A DNA stretch of 20,614 bases from Fidelibacterota bacterium (GCA_046861645.1 JBHHUM010000036.1:1-20614); one strand, 5' to 3'; positions 8,284 through 18,218 are shown, counted from the first letter of the stretch. Numbers and translations: made by a program. The notes: generated by a model not told the origin, from the letters alone.

Positions 8284-9294
8284 ATGATAATCGCCGTTGA
8301 CGGAATGGGTGGAGACCATGCTCCTCCCGTAATCGTACGGGGAGCTGTCCAAGCTATCAAGGAAAGTCAAGATGATCTGCAGATCATCCTCACTGGGCAA
8401 TACCAACAAATCGAGAGAGAACTGGAAAAACTTGACTGGGATAGCGACAAGATTATGATACACTCTGCTCCTCAAGTAGTGAACCATTCCATAAGACCCT
8501 CTCAGGTTGTAAAACAGCTCCCTGATTCATCCATAGTACAGGGAATCAAGTTGATAAAAGAAAAAGAGGCTGATGCCTTCGTGAGTGCTGGCCATACTGG
8601 TGCAATTCTCTCTACGGCACTTCTTCTTTTAGGACGAATTGAAGGGGTTAGAAGACCAGCCATCTCAGTATATTTACCTGTCCGTACCCGGGGCCTGGTG
8701 CTTTGCGACGTAGGAGCCAATACTGAGGTTAAACCTCGCCATCTTCTTCAATTCGCTATAATGGCTTCAGAATACATTAAGCATATGCACGGGGTAAAAG
8801 TACCAACCATAGGATTACTTAATATCGGGGCAGAAGCCAATAAAGGTCGTGATGAATACGTGGAAGCTCATGCCCTTCTTTCTGAAATGTTACCTAATTT
8901 TGCAGGTAATATTGAAGCCAGATACATCTACGATGGCAAGGTTGATGTATTGGTCTGTGATGGTTTTGTTGGAAACAACCTGCTCAAATTTGCAGAGGGA
9001 TGGATTCATCATATTCATCGGGAAATCTCAAAACAACTTTCAGTAAACAACAGCAATAAAAAATCTGCTCTAAACAAAATATTTGATGATATCATTCGGG
9101 AATATGAATACGAAGAATCAGGTGGTAGCTTTCTTCTTGGTGTAAACGGTGTCTGCATGATTTGCCACGGAGCATCTCCGGTTCGAGCCATAAAAAACGC
9201 TATTCTATCAACTGCCCAGAGCGTCAAAGAACAACTGGTCGAGTCCATACGCGAAGGCATCTCCCAAACTGTAGCCCAAATAGAGAAAACATAA
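8284..9294 (+). CDS. plsX: Phosphate acyltransferase PlsX
   Basis: IAVDGMGGDHAP, SAGHTGA, GVRRPA, DVGAN, LLNIGAEANKG, VCDGFVGN, LLGVNG..ICHG. Confidence 0.96.
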   Translation: MIIAVDGMGGDHAPPVIVRGAVQAIKESQDDLQIILTGQYQQIERELEKLDWDSDKIMIHSAPQVVNHSIRPSQVVKQLPDSSIVQGIKLIKEKEADAFVSAGHTGAILSTALLLLGRIEGVRRPAISVYLPVRTRGLVLCDVGANTEVKPRHLLQFAIMASEYIKHMHGVKVPTIGLLNIGAEANKGRDEYVEAHALLSEMLPNFAGNIEARYIYDGKVDVLVCDGFVGNNLLKFAEGWIHHIHREISKQLSVNNSNKKSALNKIFDDIIREYEYEESGGSFLLGVNGVCMICHGASPVRAIKNAILSTAQSVKEQLVESIREGISQTVAQIEKT

Positions 9295-10295
9295 TGTCAG
9301 AACAAATAAAAGCTGCCATAACTGCCACTTCAAAATATCTTCCAGAAAAAGTGGTTACTAACCATGATCTTGAGAAAATCATCGATACCAATGACGAATG
9401 GATCGTATCACGTACAGGGATTTCCGAACGTCGTATTGTAGAAGATGGCCAGGTTACCTCTCATATGAGCATACAGGTGGCCGAGGAACTCTTACAGAAG
9501 AGAGGTATTTCAGCTCAAGAAATAGATGTAATTATCATCGGCACAGTAACCCCAGACATGCTCTTTCCTTCTACTGCAGCTCTTGTTCAAGATGCCATTG
9601 GGGCATCGAAAGCCTGGGGGTTCGACCTTTCTGGCGCTTGCTCTGGCTTCCTCTATGCCCTGGAAAGCGGTTCCAATATGATTGCATCAGGAAAGTACCA
9701 AAAGATTATCGTCATTGGCGCTGACACAATGAGTTCCATAATTGATTATCAGGATAGAGCTACTTATGTCTTATTTGGGGATGGTGCTGGAGGTGTACTC
9801 TTGGAACCTTCTCAGGATGAAAGTGGAATTATCGACTCCTCCCTCTTCACCGATGGCAGTGGCGGAAAACATCTCAATATGCCTGGTGGTGGAAGCTTAC
9901 ATCCAGCCACAGAAGAAACCGTAAAACAAAGAATGCACTTTATCAAGCAGAATGGCAAAAAAGTTTTCAAGTTTGCCGTTAAAGGTATGGCAGATGTCTC
10001 TGTTGAGATTCTGAAAAAGCACGGTTTAACCGGCAAAGATGTCAAATTATTTATCCCTCATCAGGCAAACAAACGTATCATTGATGCTAGTGTAGAGCGC
10101 CTGGGTTTATCATCGGAACAAGTCCTGATAAATATCGACAGGTACGCCAATACAACTGGAGCTACTATTCCCATTGGACTGGCAGAAGCGGTAGATGAAG
10201 GACGTATTTCAGCTGGAGATTACATCCTGCTGGCTGCCTTTGGAGCAGGATTCACCTGGGGAAGTACTCTTATCCGGTGGGGAAATACACATTGA
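9294..10295 (+). CDS. fabH: Beta-ketoacyl-ACP synthase III
   Basis: True start MSEQIK at ATG 9294 (TAATG overlap with plsX). DTNDEWIVSRTGISERR, ACSGF (Cys), FGDGAG, PHQAN (His), YANT (Asn), FGAGFTWG. Confidence 0.96.
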   Translation: MSEQIKAAITATSKYLPEKVVTNHDLEKIIDTNDEWIVSRTGISERRIVEDGQVTSHMSIQVAEELLQKRGISAQEIDVIIIGTVTPDMLFPSTAALVQDAIGASKAWGFDLSGACSGFLYALESGSNMIASGKYQKIIVIGADTMSSIIDYQDRATYVLFGDGAGGVLLEPSQDESGIIDSSLFTDGSGGKHLNMPGGGSLHPATEETVKQRMHFIKQNGKKVFKFAVKGMADVSVEILKKHGLTGKDVKLFIPHQANKRIIDASVERLGLSSEQVLINIDRYANTTGATIPIGLAEAVDEGRISAGDYILLAAFGAGFTWGSTLIRWGNTH

Positions 10296-11218
10296 GCAAC
10301 TTAGCTTTCCTTTTTCCCGGCCAGGGATCCCAAAAAGTGGGGATGGGATTAGATTTATATACCGATTCCCTAACAGGTAAGAGACGTTTCGAGCAGGCTA
10401 ATGATATCCTGGAGATGAATCTATCATCACTGATTTTTAATGGACCTGAAAGCCAGCTTAGACAGACTAAATACACTCAACCAGCTCTATATGTTGTCAG
10501 TTTTATTCTTGGTGAGCTGTTACGGGAAGAAGGTGTACTCCCTTCCCTCTCTGCTGGTCACAGTCTCGGGGAATATTCAGCTTTAGCTGTAGCCGGGGCC
10601 TTATCCTTTACCGAGGGACTAAACCTGGTAAAAATCCGCAGCGAGAGTATGATGGCAGCAGGTAAAACACGACCAGGGAGTATGGCTGCTATTATTGGTC
10701 TCAACCAGGAAACAGTAGAAAAAATTTGTAACGTGGCAAGAAAAAATGGCATTGTTCAGCCAGCTAATTTTAATTCTCCCAATCAAATTGTAATTTCCGG
10801 AGAAGTCAAAGGTATTAATCAGGCTGTTATGTTAGCTGAAGAGGCGGGGGCACGTAGAGTAATAAAGCTCAATGTTAGTGGAGCTTTTCACTCATCACTC
10901 ATGAAACCAGCTAAAGAAAAATTGCTGACTGCACTTCAGAAACATATCATCAGTGAACCAGATTATCCTGTTGTGATGAATGTTACGGCACAACCCACTC
11001 TAGACCCAGTAGAGATTCGTAATAATCTTATCGACCAATTGGACCACCCTGTATTGTGGACGGCAACAGTTGAAACCTTGCGAGACGCTGGGATAATGGC
11101 CATGGTTGAGGTAGGACCAGGACGAGTATTACAAGGCTTGGTCAGACAGATTGATAGATCCATGGAAACTCGAGGTATCTCGACAATCTCCGAAATCAAG
11201 GAGAGAGTTCATGTCTGA
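10292..11218 (+). CDS. fabD: Malonyl-CoA:ACP transacylase
   Basis: FLFPGQGSQ, TQPA, GHSLGEY (catalytic Ser), ANFNSPNQIVISG, VSGAFHS, EVGPG. Likely TTG start at 10292 overlapping the fabH TGA. Confidence 0.96.
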   Translation: MSNLAFLFPGQGSQKVGMGLDLYTDSLTGKRRFEQANDILEMNLSSLIFNGPESQLRQTKYTQPALYVVSFILGELLREEGVLPSLSAGHSLGEYSALAVAGALSFTEGLNLVKIRSESMMAAGKTRPGSMAAIIGLNQETVEKICNVARKNGIVQPANFNSPNQIVISGEVKGINQAVMLAEEAGARRVIKLNVSGAFHSSLMKPAKEKLLTALQKHIISEPDYPVVMNVTAQPTLDPVEIRNNLIDQLDHPVLWTATVETLRDAGIMAMVEVGPGRVLQGLVRQIDRSMETRGISTISEIKERVHV

Positions 11219-11954
11219 GTGGGATGGAAAAGTCGCTTTCATTACCGGGGCCTCTAAAGGGATAGGGCGAGCAATTGCAGAAATTTTTGCAGCAAAAGGG
11301 ATAACAGTAATTTGTGCCAGCCGAACCGTTGCCGATCTGGAAACCTTAGTGAAAAATATTGAGGAAAATGGGGGGAAGGCTTCCCTTATACGCCTCGATG
11401 TATCTAATACAAAAGATTTCCAGGAAGCAGTAAAGGAGGTTGCCGACAACTTCGGAAGTATTGATATACTGATAAACAATGCCGGTATAACCAGAGATAA
11501 GCTTATTTTAAGAATGTCCGTAGAAGATTGGGATACGGTTCAAGCGGTGAACCTGAAGGGCTGTTTCAATGGTATCAAAGCTGTTACTCCATTCATGATG
11601 AGAGCTCGTTTTGGCAGGATAATTAATATCACCTCTGTTGTTGGGATTACCGGTAATGCAGGTCAATCAAACTATGCCGCATCAAAGGCGGGAATCATAG
11701 GTTTGACTAAATCCGCAGCCAAGGAATTAGCCAGTAGAAATATATGTGTAAATGCAATTGCACCCGGTTATATTGAAACCGAAATGACGGCAAAACTTAC
11801 CGAATCTGTAAGGGAAAAACTATTGAAGCAAATTCCCATTGGAAAAATTGGCCAACCGGAAGATGTAGCTCAGGTAGCACTCTTCCTGGCCTCCGATAAA
11901 GCCGGTTATATTACTGGCGAGGTGATTTCAGTTAATGGTGGATTACATACATAA
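11211..11954 (+). CDS. fabG: 3-oxoacyl-ACP reductase
   Basis: ATG 11211 after AAGGAG. TGASKGIG, NNAGITRD, GNAGQSNYAASKAG, VNAIAPGYI. Confidence 0.96.
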   Translation: MSEWDGKVAFITGASKGIGRAIAEIFAAKGITVICASRTVADLETLVKNIEENGGKASLIRLDVSNTKDFQEAVKEVADNFGSIDILINNAGITRDKLILRMSVEDWDTVQAVNLKGCFNGIKAVTPFMMRARFGRIINITSVVGITGNAGQSNYAASKAGIIGLTKSAAKELASRNICVNAIAPGYIETEMTAKLTESVREKLLKQIPIGKIGQPEDVAQVALFLASDKAGYITGEVISVNGGLHT

Positions 11955-12203
<249 letters not shown>

Positions 12204-12205
12204 TT

Positions 12206-13450
12206 TTGAGTCGCCGTGTAGTCATAACCGGCATGGGAGTAGTCTCTCCTGTCGGAGCCGATTTGAGAACATTCTGGGATAATCTGACCTCAGGACGAAG
12301 TGGTATCAGGTCCGTTACCAAATTTGATACTTCTGATTTCCCTGTAAAAATTGGAGGTGAAGTTTCTTCTGATTTTAAACCTGAAGACTACCTTGAGAAA
12401 AAGGAACTCAACAGACTTGATGATTTCTCAATTTATGCTTTGATCGCTGCAGAGCAAGCCCTTCAACAAGCAGGTCTAACCAATGGAATCTCCGATATGG
12501 ACCGGTTCGGGGTTGTTGTAGGATCTGGTGTGGGGGGTCTGCTTACCATGGAGGAACAGAATAAACGTCTCCTGAAGCGGGGTCCGCGGGGTGTGTCACC
12601 CCTATTCATTCCCATGTATATTCTCGATATCGCTGCCGGACATATCTCCATGAAGTGGGGATTGAAAGGACCTAACTATGCGGTTGTTTCTGCATGTGCA
12701 ACAGGATCCACAGCGATTGGAGATGCATTTCGGCATATCCAATACGGTGATGCAGAAATCATCATTGCTGGAGGAGCAGAAGCCTGCATCACACCTATAG
12801 CTTTTGCAGGATTTGCAAACATGAGAGCTCTTTCCCGTCGTAACGACGAACCTGAGAGAGCATCACGACCATTTGATGCTGATCGTGATGGATTCGTTAT
12901 GGGTGAAGGGGCTGGTCTGGTTATTCTGGAAGAGCTTGAGCACGCCCGAAATCGAGGAGTTGAAATTATTGCTGAGCTTATCGGATATGGTGCTACTGCT
13001 GACGCCTTTCATATTACCGCTCCAGCCCCCGGCGGGGAAGGCGCGATTCGCGCCATGAGCAGAGCCATTAAAGATGGCGGACTTGACCCTGAAGACGTGG
13101 ACTATATCAATGCCCATGGAACCTCAACTCCGTTTAATGACAGGAATGAGACTCAAGCCATAAAAACTTTGTTCAATAAACATGCCTATGAATTGAATGT
13201 CAGCTCAACTAAGTCCATGACAGGACATCTGTTAGGGGCTGCCGGAGGAATTGAAGCAATTGCAGCGATAATGGCAATCAAGGAGAATAAAATTCCTCCT
13301 ACTATCAACTACGAAAAACCTGACCCAGATTGTGACCTGAACTATACACCTAACGTTGCTGAAAATAGATCAGTACGAGTGACTATGTCGAACACCTTTG
13401 GTTTCGGTGGTCACAACGCCGTGCTATTGTTCAGGGAGTGGATGAGCTAA
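12206..13450 (+). CDS. fabF: Beta-ketoacyl-ACP synthase II
   Basis: RRVVITGMG, SACATG (Cys), SRPFDADRDGFVMGEG, NAHGTST, KSMTGHLLGAAG, SNTFGFGGHN. TTG start. Confidence 0.97.
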   Translation: MSRRVVITGMGVVSPVGADLRTFWDNLTSGRSGIRSVTKFDTSDFPVKIGGEVSSDFKPEDYLEKKELNRLDDFSIYALIAAEQALQQAGLTNGISDMDRFGVVVGSGVGGLLTMEEQNKRLLKRGPRGVSPLFIPMYILDIAAGHISMKWGLKGPNYAVVSACATGSTAIGDAFRHIQYGDAEIIIAGGAEACITPIAFAGFANMRALSRRNDEPERASRPFDADRDGFVMGEGAGLVILEELEHARNRGVEIIAELIGYGATADAFHITAPAPGGEGAIRAMSRAIKDGGLDPEDVDYINAHGTSTPFNDRNETQAIKTLFNKHAYELNVSSTKSMTGHLLGAAGGIEAIAAIMAIKENKIPPTINYEKPDPDCDLNYTPNVAENRSVRVTMSNTFGFGGHNAVLLFREWMS

Positions 13451-13454
13451 TCTT

Positions 13455-14171
13455 TTGCAATTAATCCGTCAGTTTCTTTCCCGTATCTCCTCAAATCATA
13501 CCGAACTTAATGAACTCCAGAGAGAGTTAAATTACTTTTTCAGAAAACGGGAATATTTGGTGCAAGCTGTTACCCACAAATCAATCAGTTCTGAACCCAG
13601 AAAAAATTATGAACGGCTGGAATTCCTGGGTGATGCCATCATAGATCATATTATCTCGAAAAAACTCATTAAGGAATTCCCATTTGGTGACGAAGGTTTA
13701 CTCACACAGAAAAGATCAGCCCTGGTGCAAAAAAGCTTCCTGGCCAAAACGGGAGAAAGACTAAATTTACTGAAATACCTTGCCGTCAGAGGGTCCGTTG
13801 ATCTTACTCAAAAAAAAGTGTCTGAAAACCAGTTAGCTAACGTTTTTGAATCTATTATTGGTGCTATCTATCTTGATGGAGGGATCTCACCTTGTAAAAA
13901 AATAATTGATCGCACGTTATGGCAATATCGGTCTAAAGCATGGGAGTCAGTCAATTACAAAGGACGTTTGATTGAGAAGTGTCATTCCCATCAGCTCAAA
14001 CCACCCAGGTTCGTGGTAGAATCCACCCGTGGACCTGAGCATCGAAAAACATTTCAGGTGGCAGTCATCATTGGAAGCAAACGCTACTCGCCCGGAATTG
14101 CAGACAATAAAAAAACCGCTGAACAGGAAGCGGCTCGGTTAGCATTAGAGTCTTTGGCTTATACCGATTAA
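13455..14171 (+). CDS. rnc: Ribonuclease III
   Basis: THKS, the signature YERLEFLGDA, EGLLTQKRS, FESIIGAIYLD, and a C-terminal dsRBD (NYKGRLIE...GPEH...F...KKTAEQEAA). TTG start. Confidence 0.95.
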   Translation: MQLIRQFLSRISSNHTELNELQRELNYFFRKREYLVQAVTHKSISSEPRKNYERLEFLGDAIIDHIISKKLIKEFPFGDEGLLTQKRSALVQKSFLAKTGERLNLLKYLAVRGSVDLTQKKVSENQLANVFESIIGAIYLDGGISPCKKIIDRTLWQYRSKAWESVNYKGRLIEKCHSHQLKPPRFVVESTRGPEHRKTFQVAVIIGSKRYSPGIADNKKTAEQEAARLALESLAYTD

Positions 14172-14732
14172 CTATCCTTTTTTCTCCAGTTCCATAATTT
14201 TATCCCGAAGAATGGCAGCCTGTTCATATTCCTCCTCATCAATTGCTTTCTGAAGTTTCTCCTGCAGTATTTTATGAGTAAGACCACGAGGACGAGATCG
14301 GGAATCAAAATTCTGCTCCTCTTCCACATCTTCTTCAAGACCGGCCGCGTCCATGACGCTCTCAGCCACAAAAATCGGAGCATCCAAACGCAGGGCAACT
14401 GCTATGGCATCGCTGGGTCTTGAGTCTACCGTTCTCTCACCTGTACTTTTGGAGTTTATTTTCATCTCTGCAAAAAAAGTCCCATCAGACAGATCAGTAA
14501 TGGATACGGCAGATAATCCCGCATTTGTCTCTATCAGGATGCTACATACCAGATCATGTGTCATGGGACGGGGAGTATCAACATTTTCCAGGGCCAGAGC
14601 GATGGATTGAGCTTCAAAAGAGCCCACAATTACGGGTAATCTTCGATTTGCTCCGCCAATTTCCTGGAGAACAACCGCATATCCCTTACTGGGGGGATAA
14701 AATGATATGCGTGTAACTTCTACGGGTATCAT
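14172..14732 (-). CDS. Bifunctional nuclease family protein (DUF151) with a C-terminal UVR coiled coil
   Basis: LPVIVGSFEAQSIA, RPMTHDL, GTFFA, DSRPSDAIAVALR. Tail LQEKLQKAIDEEEYEQAAILRDKI matches a UVR motif. ATG at 14732 preferred over TTG at 14738. Confidence 0.92.
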   Translation of the reverse strand: MIPVEVTRISFYPPSKGYAVVLQEIGGANRRLPVIVGSFEAQSIALALENVDTPRPMTHDLVCSILIETNAGLSAVSITDLSDGTFFAEMKINSKSTGERTVDSRPSDAIAVALRLDAPIFVAESVMDAAGLEEDVEEEQNFDSRSRPRGLTHKILQEKLQKAIDEEEYEQAAILRDKIMELEKKG

Positions 14733-14757
14733 AATCAACAGGTAGGTTTCCTATTCA

Positions 14758-14786
14758 AATTTATATTCTCGACCAACATATTGCAA
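14758..14786 (-). promoter_or_regulatory. Putative sigma70 promoter for the DUF151 gene
   Basis: Minus strand TTGCAA (14786-14781), 17 nt, TAAATT (14763-14758), in the intergenic gap upstream of the DUF151 start. Confidence 0.45.
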
Positions 14787-14814
14787 CCCCTAAACTCGCA
14801 CTCAGTGAGTTCCA

Positions 14815-15867
14815 TCACTCTAAAAGTAACTTTTTCAATTGTACTATATTATCTACTGGAGTGGGATTGGTTTTATGTAAAATCGCACACCAATAACTGA
14901 CCCAATCCCCTAAATGTATCAGGTAAAACAACCGCTCCATATAGCTATTACCTTTTCCCTTCACTTCGATTTGGTAAAGACATTTATTACCAATAATTGA
15001 TTTCGTCAATTCTCTTCTCTTCTGATTCCTCTCATGATCTGAAGAATCTGAAAGCCAGATAATGCCCAGTTGGTCAAGTAGATTAGGATTGTTATGATAA
15101 CCGACAATTTCATTGTGATTCATCTCGGGCAATACATTGTGGAAAGCCACCATTTTAGCATTTTCTTCTAACTGGCCTCGCCACCGCAAAGCTACTGCTG
15201 CAGTAGTTCGTGCTTCACCATAAATTACCGGTACTGAAGTATGAATAGCATTTGCCAAAACCCAAGCGTGACCATCAGAATTCCCTTGGGACAGTATATT
15301 ACGTTCAGTCTTCAGTAAATCAATCGTTGAGGTCAGAGTTTTCTCATTCCCTAGATTCAACACACCGTACTTCTTCAGGATGGAGAGAAGGGGTACAACC
15401 AAATATCCCAGGGCTGCACGAGGAGGCAGCCTATCGGGAATTATTACCACGTCGCTGTCCTGCTCCTCTAATTCCGCTGCCAATTGTCCACCAGTAGTAA
15501 TTCCCAGGGTTGTTGCACCACGTTCAAAGGCATCATGCAAACAGCTTAGAGTTTCCTCGGTATTCCCCGAATAACTCAAGCAGATCACCATCGAAGATGC
15601 ATTTACCCACTCTGGTAGGGAATAATTTCTGATTACAACTATGGGAATCCTACACTTTGATCCAATGATTGCGGCTGCTACATCACCAGCAATGGCTGAT
15701 CCACCCATTCCAGCTATTATTACATTCCTGACTTCTGTAACATCACCTTTGAGCTTGATATACTGCCCTACTTTCATGGCGGATTCTAGTTGCTCTGGGA
15801 AATCAAATATGTAACCGAACATATTATCGGGATCCAATTGTCTGATCTTATTGTCAGGTGACCTCAT
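14815..15867 (-). CDS. Bifunctional phosphoglucose/phosphomannose isomerase (SIS family)
   Basis: GMGGSAIAGD, SYSGNTEET, ITTGG, PPRAA, RWRGQLEENAK, LPEMNHNEIVG, GDWVSY, PTPV...LK. Confidence 0.92.
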   Translation of the reverse strand: MRSPDNKIRQLDPDNMFGYIFDFPEQLESAMKVGQYIKLKGDVTEVRNVIIAGMGGSAIAGDVAAAIIGSKCRIPIVVIRNYSLPEWVNASSMVICLSYSGNTEETLSCLHDAFERGATTLGITTGGQLAAELEEQDSDVVIIPDRLPPRAALGYLVVPLLSILKKYGVLNLGNEKTLTSTIDLLKTERNILSQGNSDGHAWVLANAIHTSVPVIYGEARTTAAVALRWRGQLEENAKMVAFHNVLPEMNHNEIVGYHNNPNLLDQLGIIWLSDSSDHERNQKRRELTKSIIGNKCLYQIEVKGKGNSYMERLFYLIHLGDWVSYWCAILHKTNPTPVDNIVQLKKLLLE

Positions 15868-15868
15868 T

Positions 15869-16846
15869 TCAATTCCGTCTCTGCAGGATCATTTCGGCTA
15901 ATTGGATAAGATTGCTTTTATCACTAACCTGTACTTCAGCCAACTCTCCTCTCGCCTTCTGCAACAATTCCTCTACCTTGGACTCAGCTTTTGACTTAAT
16001 GCCCTCCCTGGCCATGTACTCCCGAAGGGTGGGAATAATCTCGGACTCCATATCCTTCCCCGACAAGGAAGCCATTAACTCACTCCACGCCATCGTGTCA
16101 TAATCTCTTGCGGCGCAACTCAGATATGTAACTTTACTTGTTGCCACATCACTGCCCAGGCTTTTACCCATCGTTTTAGCATCGGAAAAAATTTCCAGCA
16201 CATCATCCTGTATCTGAAAAGATTGGCCCAGGTAACGACCGAATTCCGAGAGATGTATTAAATTATCTTCAGTTGCCCCTCCCAGGAGCCCACCAAGCTG
16301 ACAACAGAGCGAAAGTAAAGTTCCAGTCTTCAAAGTAATCATTTCGAGGTAATCATCAATATGGACATCTGTGCGGGTTTCAAAGGACTTGTCCATTGCC
16401 TGACCTTCACAAAGTTTAAGGGTGGCTTCATTGAACATACGGATCGCATCCAGAGCACCCTGATGTAGATGTGTCAGGTGGGAATATGCCATGACGAAGA
16501 TGGCATCACCAGCTAATATTGCAGTTGATTCATCCCACTTCTTATAGACAGTGGGCATGCCGTGCCGAAGATCATCCTGGTCCATAATATCGTCATGAAC
16601 CAGTGAGAAGTTGTGCAAGATTTCCACAGCCAGGGCGGCTGGCAAAACATCTTCTTTATTTACCAAGTACATCTCTGCAACGAGAAGTACCAGGATGGGT
16701 CGGAGTCGTTTCCCTTTCCCCCTGAAAACATATTGAATGGGATCATAAAGATAAGCCGGGTTATTCTTATTCACCAAAGCCAGCATTTTTTGATCAATCC
16801 ACTGGCGATAGTCATCTATTTTTTTCTGAAAATCGTCAGTCATCAT
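15869..16846 (-). CDS. Short-chain trans-polyprenyl diphosphate synthase (GGPP/FPP synthase family)
   Basis: GKRLRP, FARM HNFSLVHDDIMDQDDLRHG, AILAGD, GQAMD, KT, SARM FQIQDDVLE, GKSLGSD. Start at ATG 16846 or 16843, overlapping the stop of the upstream mutase. Confidence 0.93.
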   Translation of the reverse strand: MMTDDFQKKIDDYRQWIDQKMLALVNKNNPAYLYDPIQYVFRGKGKRLRPILVLLVAEMYLVNKEDVLPAALAVEILHNFSLVHDDIMDQDDLRHGMPTVYKKWDESTAILAGDAIFVMAYSHLTHLHQGALDAIRMFNEATLKLCEGQAMDKSFETRTDVHIDDYLEMITLKTGTLLSLCCQLGGLLGGATEDNLIHLSEFGRYLGQSFQIQDDVLEIFSDAKTMGKSLGSDVATSKVTYLSCAARDYDTMAWSELMASLSGKDMESEIIPTLREYMAREGIKSKAESKVEELLQKARGELAEVQVSDKSNLIQLAEMILQRRN

Positions 16847-18206
16847 CCGGCATGGTGAATTCACCAAGCTCCTGAAGTTTAGAAAGTACCGTGGCTTTAA
16901 TCTCTTCCATCCTCTCCTCAGTCTTTGCTTCGAAGCGGACCACTATGACTGGTTGAGTATTCGAAGCTCTTACTAAACCCCAACCATCATCAAAACGGAT
17001 ACGGACACCATCTACATCGAGACAATCGTAGTGAGCTGAGAAATACTTAGTAGCTGCTTCCGCTAATTGGAACTTAGCTTTATCATCTGGACACTCTAAT
17101 CGCATTTCAGGAGTAGAAACATACTGCGGCAGGCGGGAAACCAACTGGGAGAGAGATTGATTCTGACGGGAGAGCATTTGTACTACTCGAGCTGAAACAT
17201 ATATAGCATCATCAAAACCGAAAAAGTTGTCCCCGAAAAACAGATGTCCACTCATCTCACCACCAAACTTGCAATTCAGCTCCTTCATCTTTTGTTTGAT
17301 GAGTGAGTGTCCCGTTTTCCAGATTACTGGTTTGCCACCCAAGCGACGGATTTCTTCTTCCAGTGCTTGTGAACACTTAACATCAAACAAGATTTCATCT
17401 CCCGGTTCAATAATTTCCGGCAGGAGAAGGGCCATAAGCACATCTGCCCATACAACTTGACCATCATCGGCAACTATTCCGACACGATCAGCATCGCCGT
17501 CATAAGCCACACCACAATCAAACTCTCCTTCCTCGACCGTCCTAATCAGCTCAGAGAGATTAGCAGGGATCGTAGGATCGGGGTGATGATTGGGAAAAGT
17601 ACCGTCCACATCACAAAAAATTTCCGTCAAATCAATTCCCAACTGGCGAAAGATCTGGGGTGCAGCCAGGCAGGCAGCAGCATTACCGCAGTCCATGGCT
17701 ATTTTCATGGGCCGATCAAAATTGATTTTTTCTAAAACCATGGAAATGTACTCGGGAAGTAGATTATAAGAAACTTCTGTCCCCTCTCCCTTCTCGTAAT
17801 TATCATCCTCTATTATTTTGAGAATCTCCTGGATCATTTCCCCGTAAACTGCTCCTTTCTGGAAGGAGAGCTTAAAGCCGTTCATTTCGGGTGGATTGTG
17901 GCTCCCGGTAATCTGTGCTGCACCAGCTACATCTAACTTAAACATGCTGTAGTAATTGGCAGGTGTGGGCAGAATACCAATATCAATCACGTCCACCCCA
18001 GACTTTAACACACCAGCTTTAAAATTATCTTTAAGCATAGGGGTTGTCAGGCGCACATCACCACTGAGACTAATTTCCTGGCCCCCCTTCCGTTTCACAT
18101 AGGTACCGAAACCCAGGCCCAAGGCACGAGCGAACTCTGGAGAAAAATCCTCAGTTACTACTCCTCGAATATCGTACTCACGAAAAACGTAAGGATTTAC
18201 TTGCAC
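16836..18206 (-). CDS. Phosphomannomutase/phosphoglucomutase (AlgC-like alpha-D-phosphohexomutase)
   Basis: FREYDIRG, phospho-Ser ITGSHNP, metal loop DGDADR, KTGHS, sugar loop GEMSGH, VRASNTQP. GTG start after AAGGA. Confidence 0.95.
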   Translation of the reverse strand: MQVNPYVFREYDIRGVVTEDFSPEFARALGLGFGTYVKRKGGQEISLSGDVRLTTPMLKDNFKAGVLKSGVDVIDIGILPTPANYYSMFKLDVAGAAQITGSHNPPEMNGFKLSFQKGAVYGEMIQEILKIIEDDNYEKGEGTEVSYNLLPEYISMVLEKINFDRPMKIAMDCGNAAACLAAPQIFRQLGIDLTEIFCDVDGTFPNHHPDPTIPANLSELIRTVEEGEFDCGVAYDGDADRVGIVADDGQVVWADVLMALLLPEIIEPGDEILFDVKCSQALEEEIRRLGGKPVIWKTGHSLIKQKMKELNCKFGGEMSGHLFFGDNFFGFDDAIYVSARVVQMLSRQNQSLSQLVSRLPQYVSTPEMRLECPDDKAKFQLAEAATKYFSAHYDCLDVDGVRIRFDDGWGLVRASNTQPVIVVRFEAKTEERMEEIKATVLSKLQELGEFTMPDDD

Positions 18207-18218
18207 TTTATTTCCTTG

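Noticed and set aside
9162..9293. N-terminal extension of fabH in the ORF track (similar extensions for yceD, fabG, the prenyl synthase, anmK and murQ)
   Set aside because: The extensions overlap upstream genes, terminators or intergenic DNA and precede the conserved family N-termini. Downstream starts fit coupling or RBS evidence better.
14793..14811. Short hairpin ACTC-AGT-GAGT after the PGI/PMI stop
   Set aside because: The stem is too short and lacks a convincing U-tract to call a terminator. No tRNA/ncRNA fold is evident in this gap.
16853..16866. 14-bp palindrome TGGTGAATTCACCA near the prenyl synthase start
   Set aside because: Single occurrence inside the mutase coding sequence with no supporting promoter context; plausibly chance.
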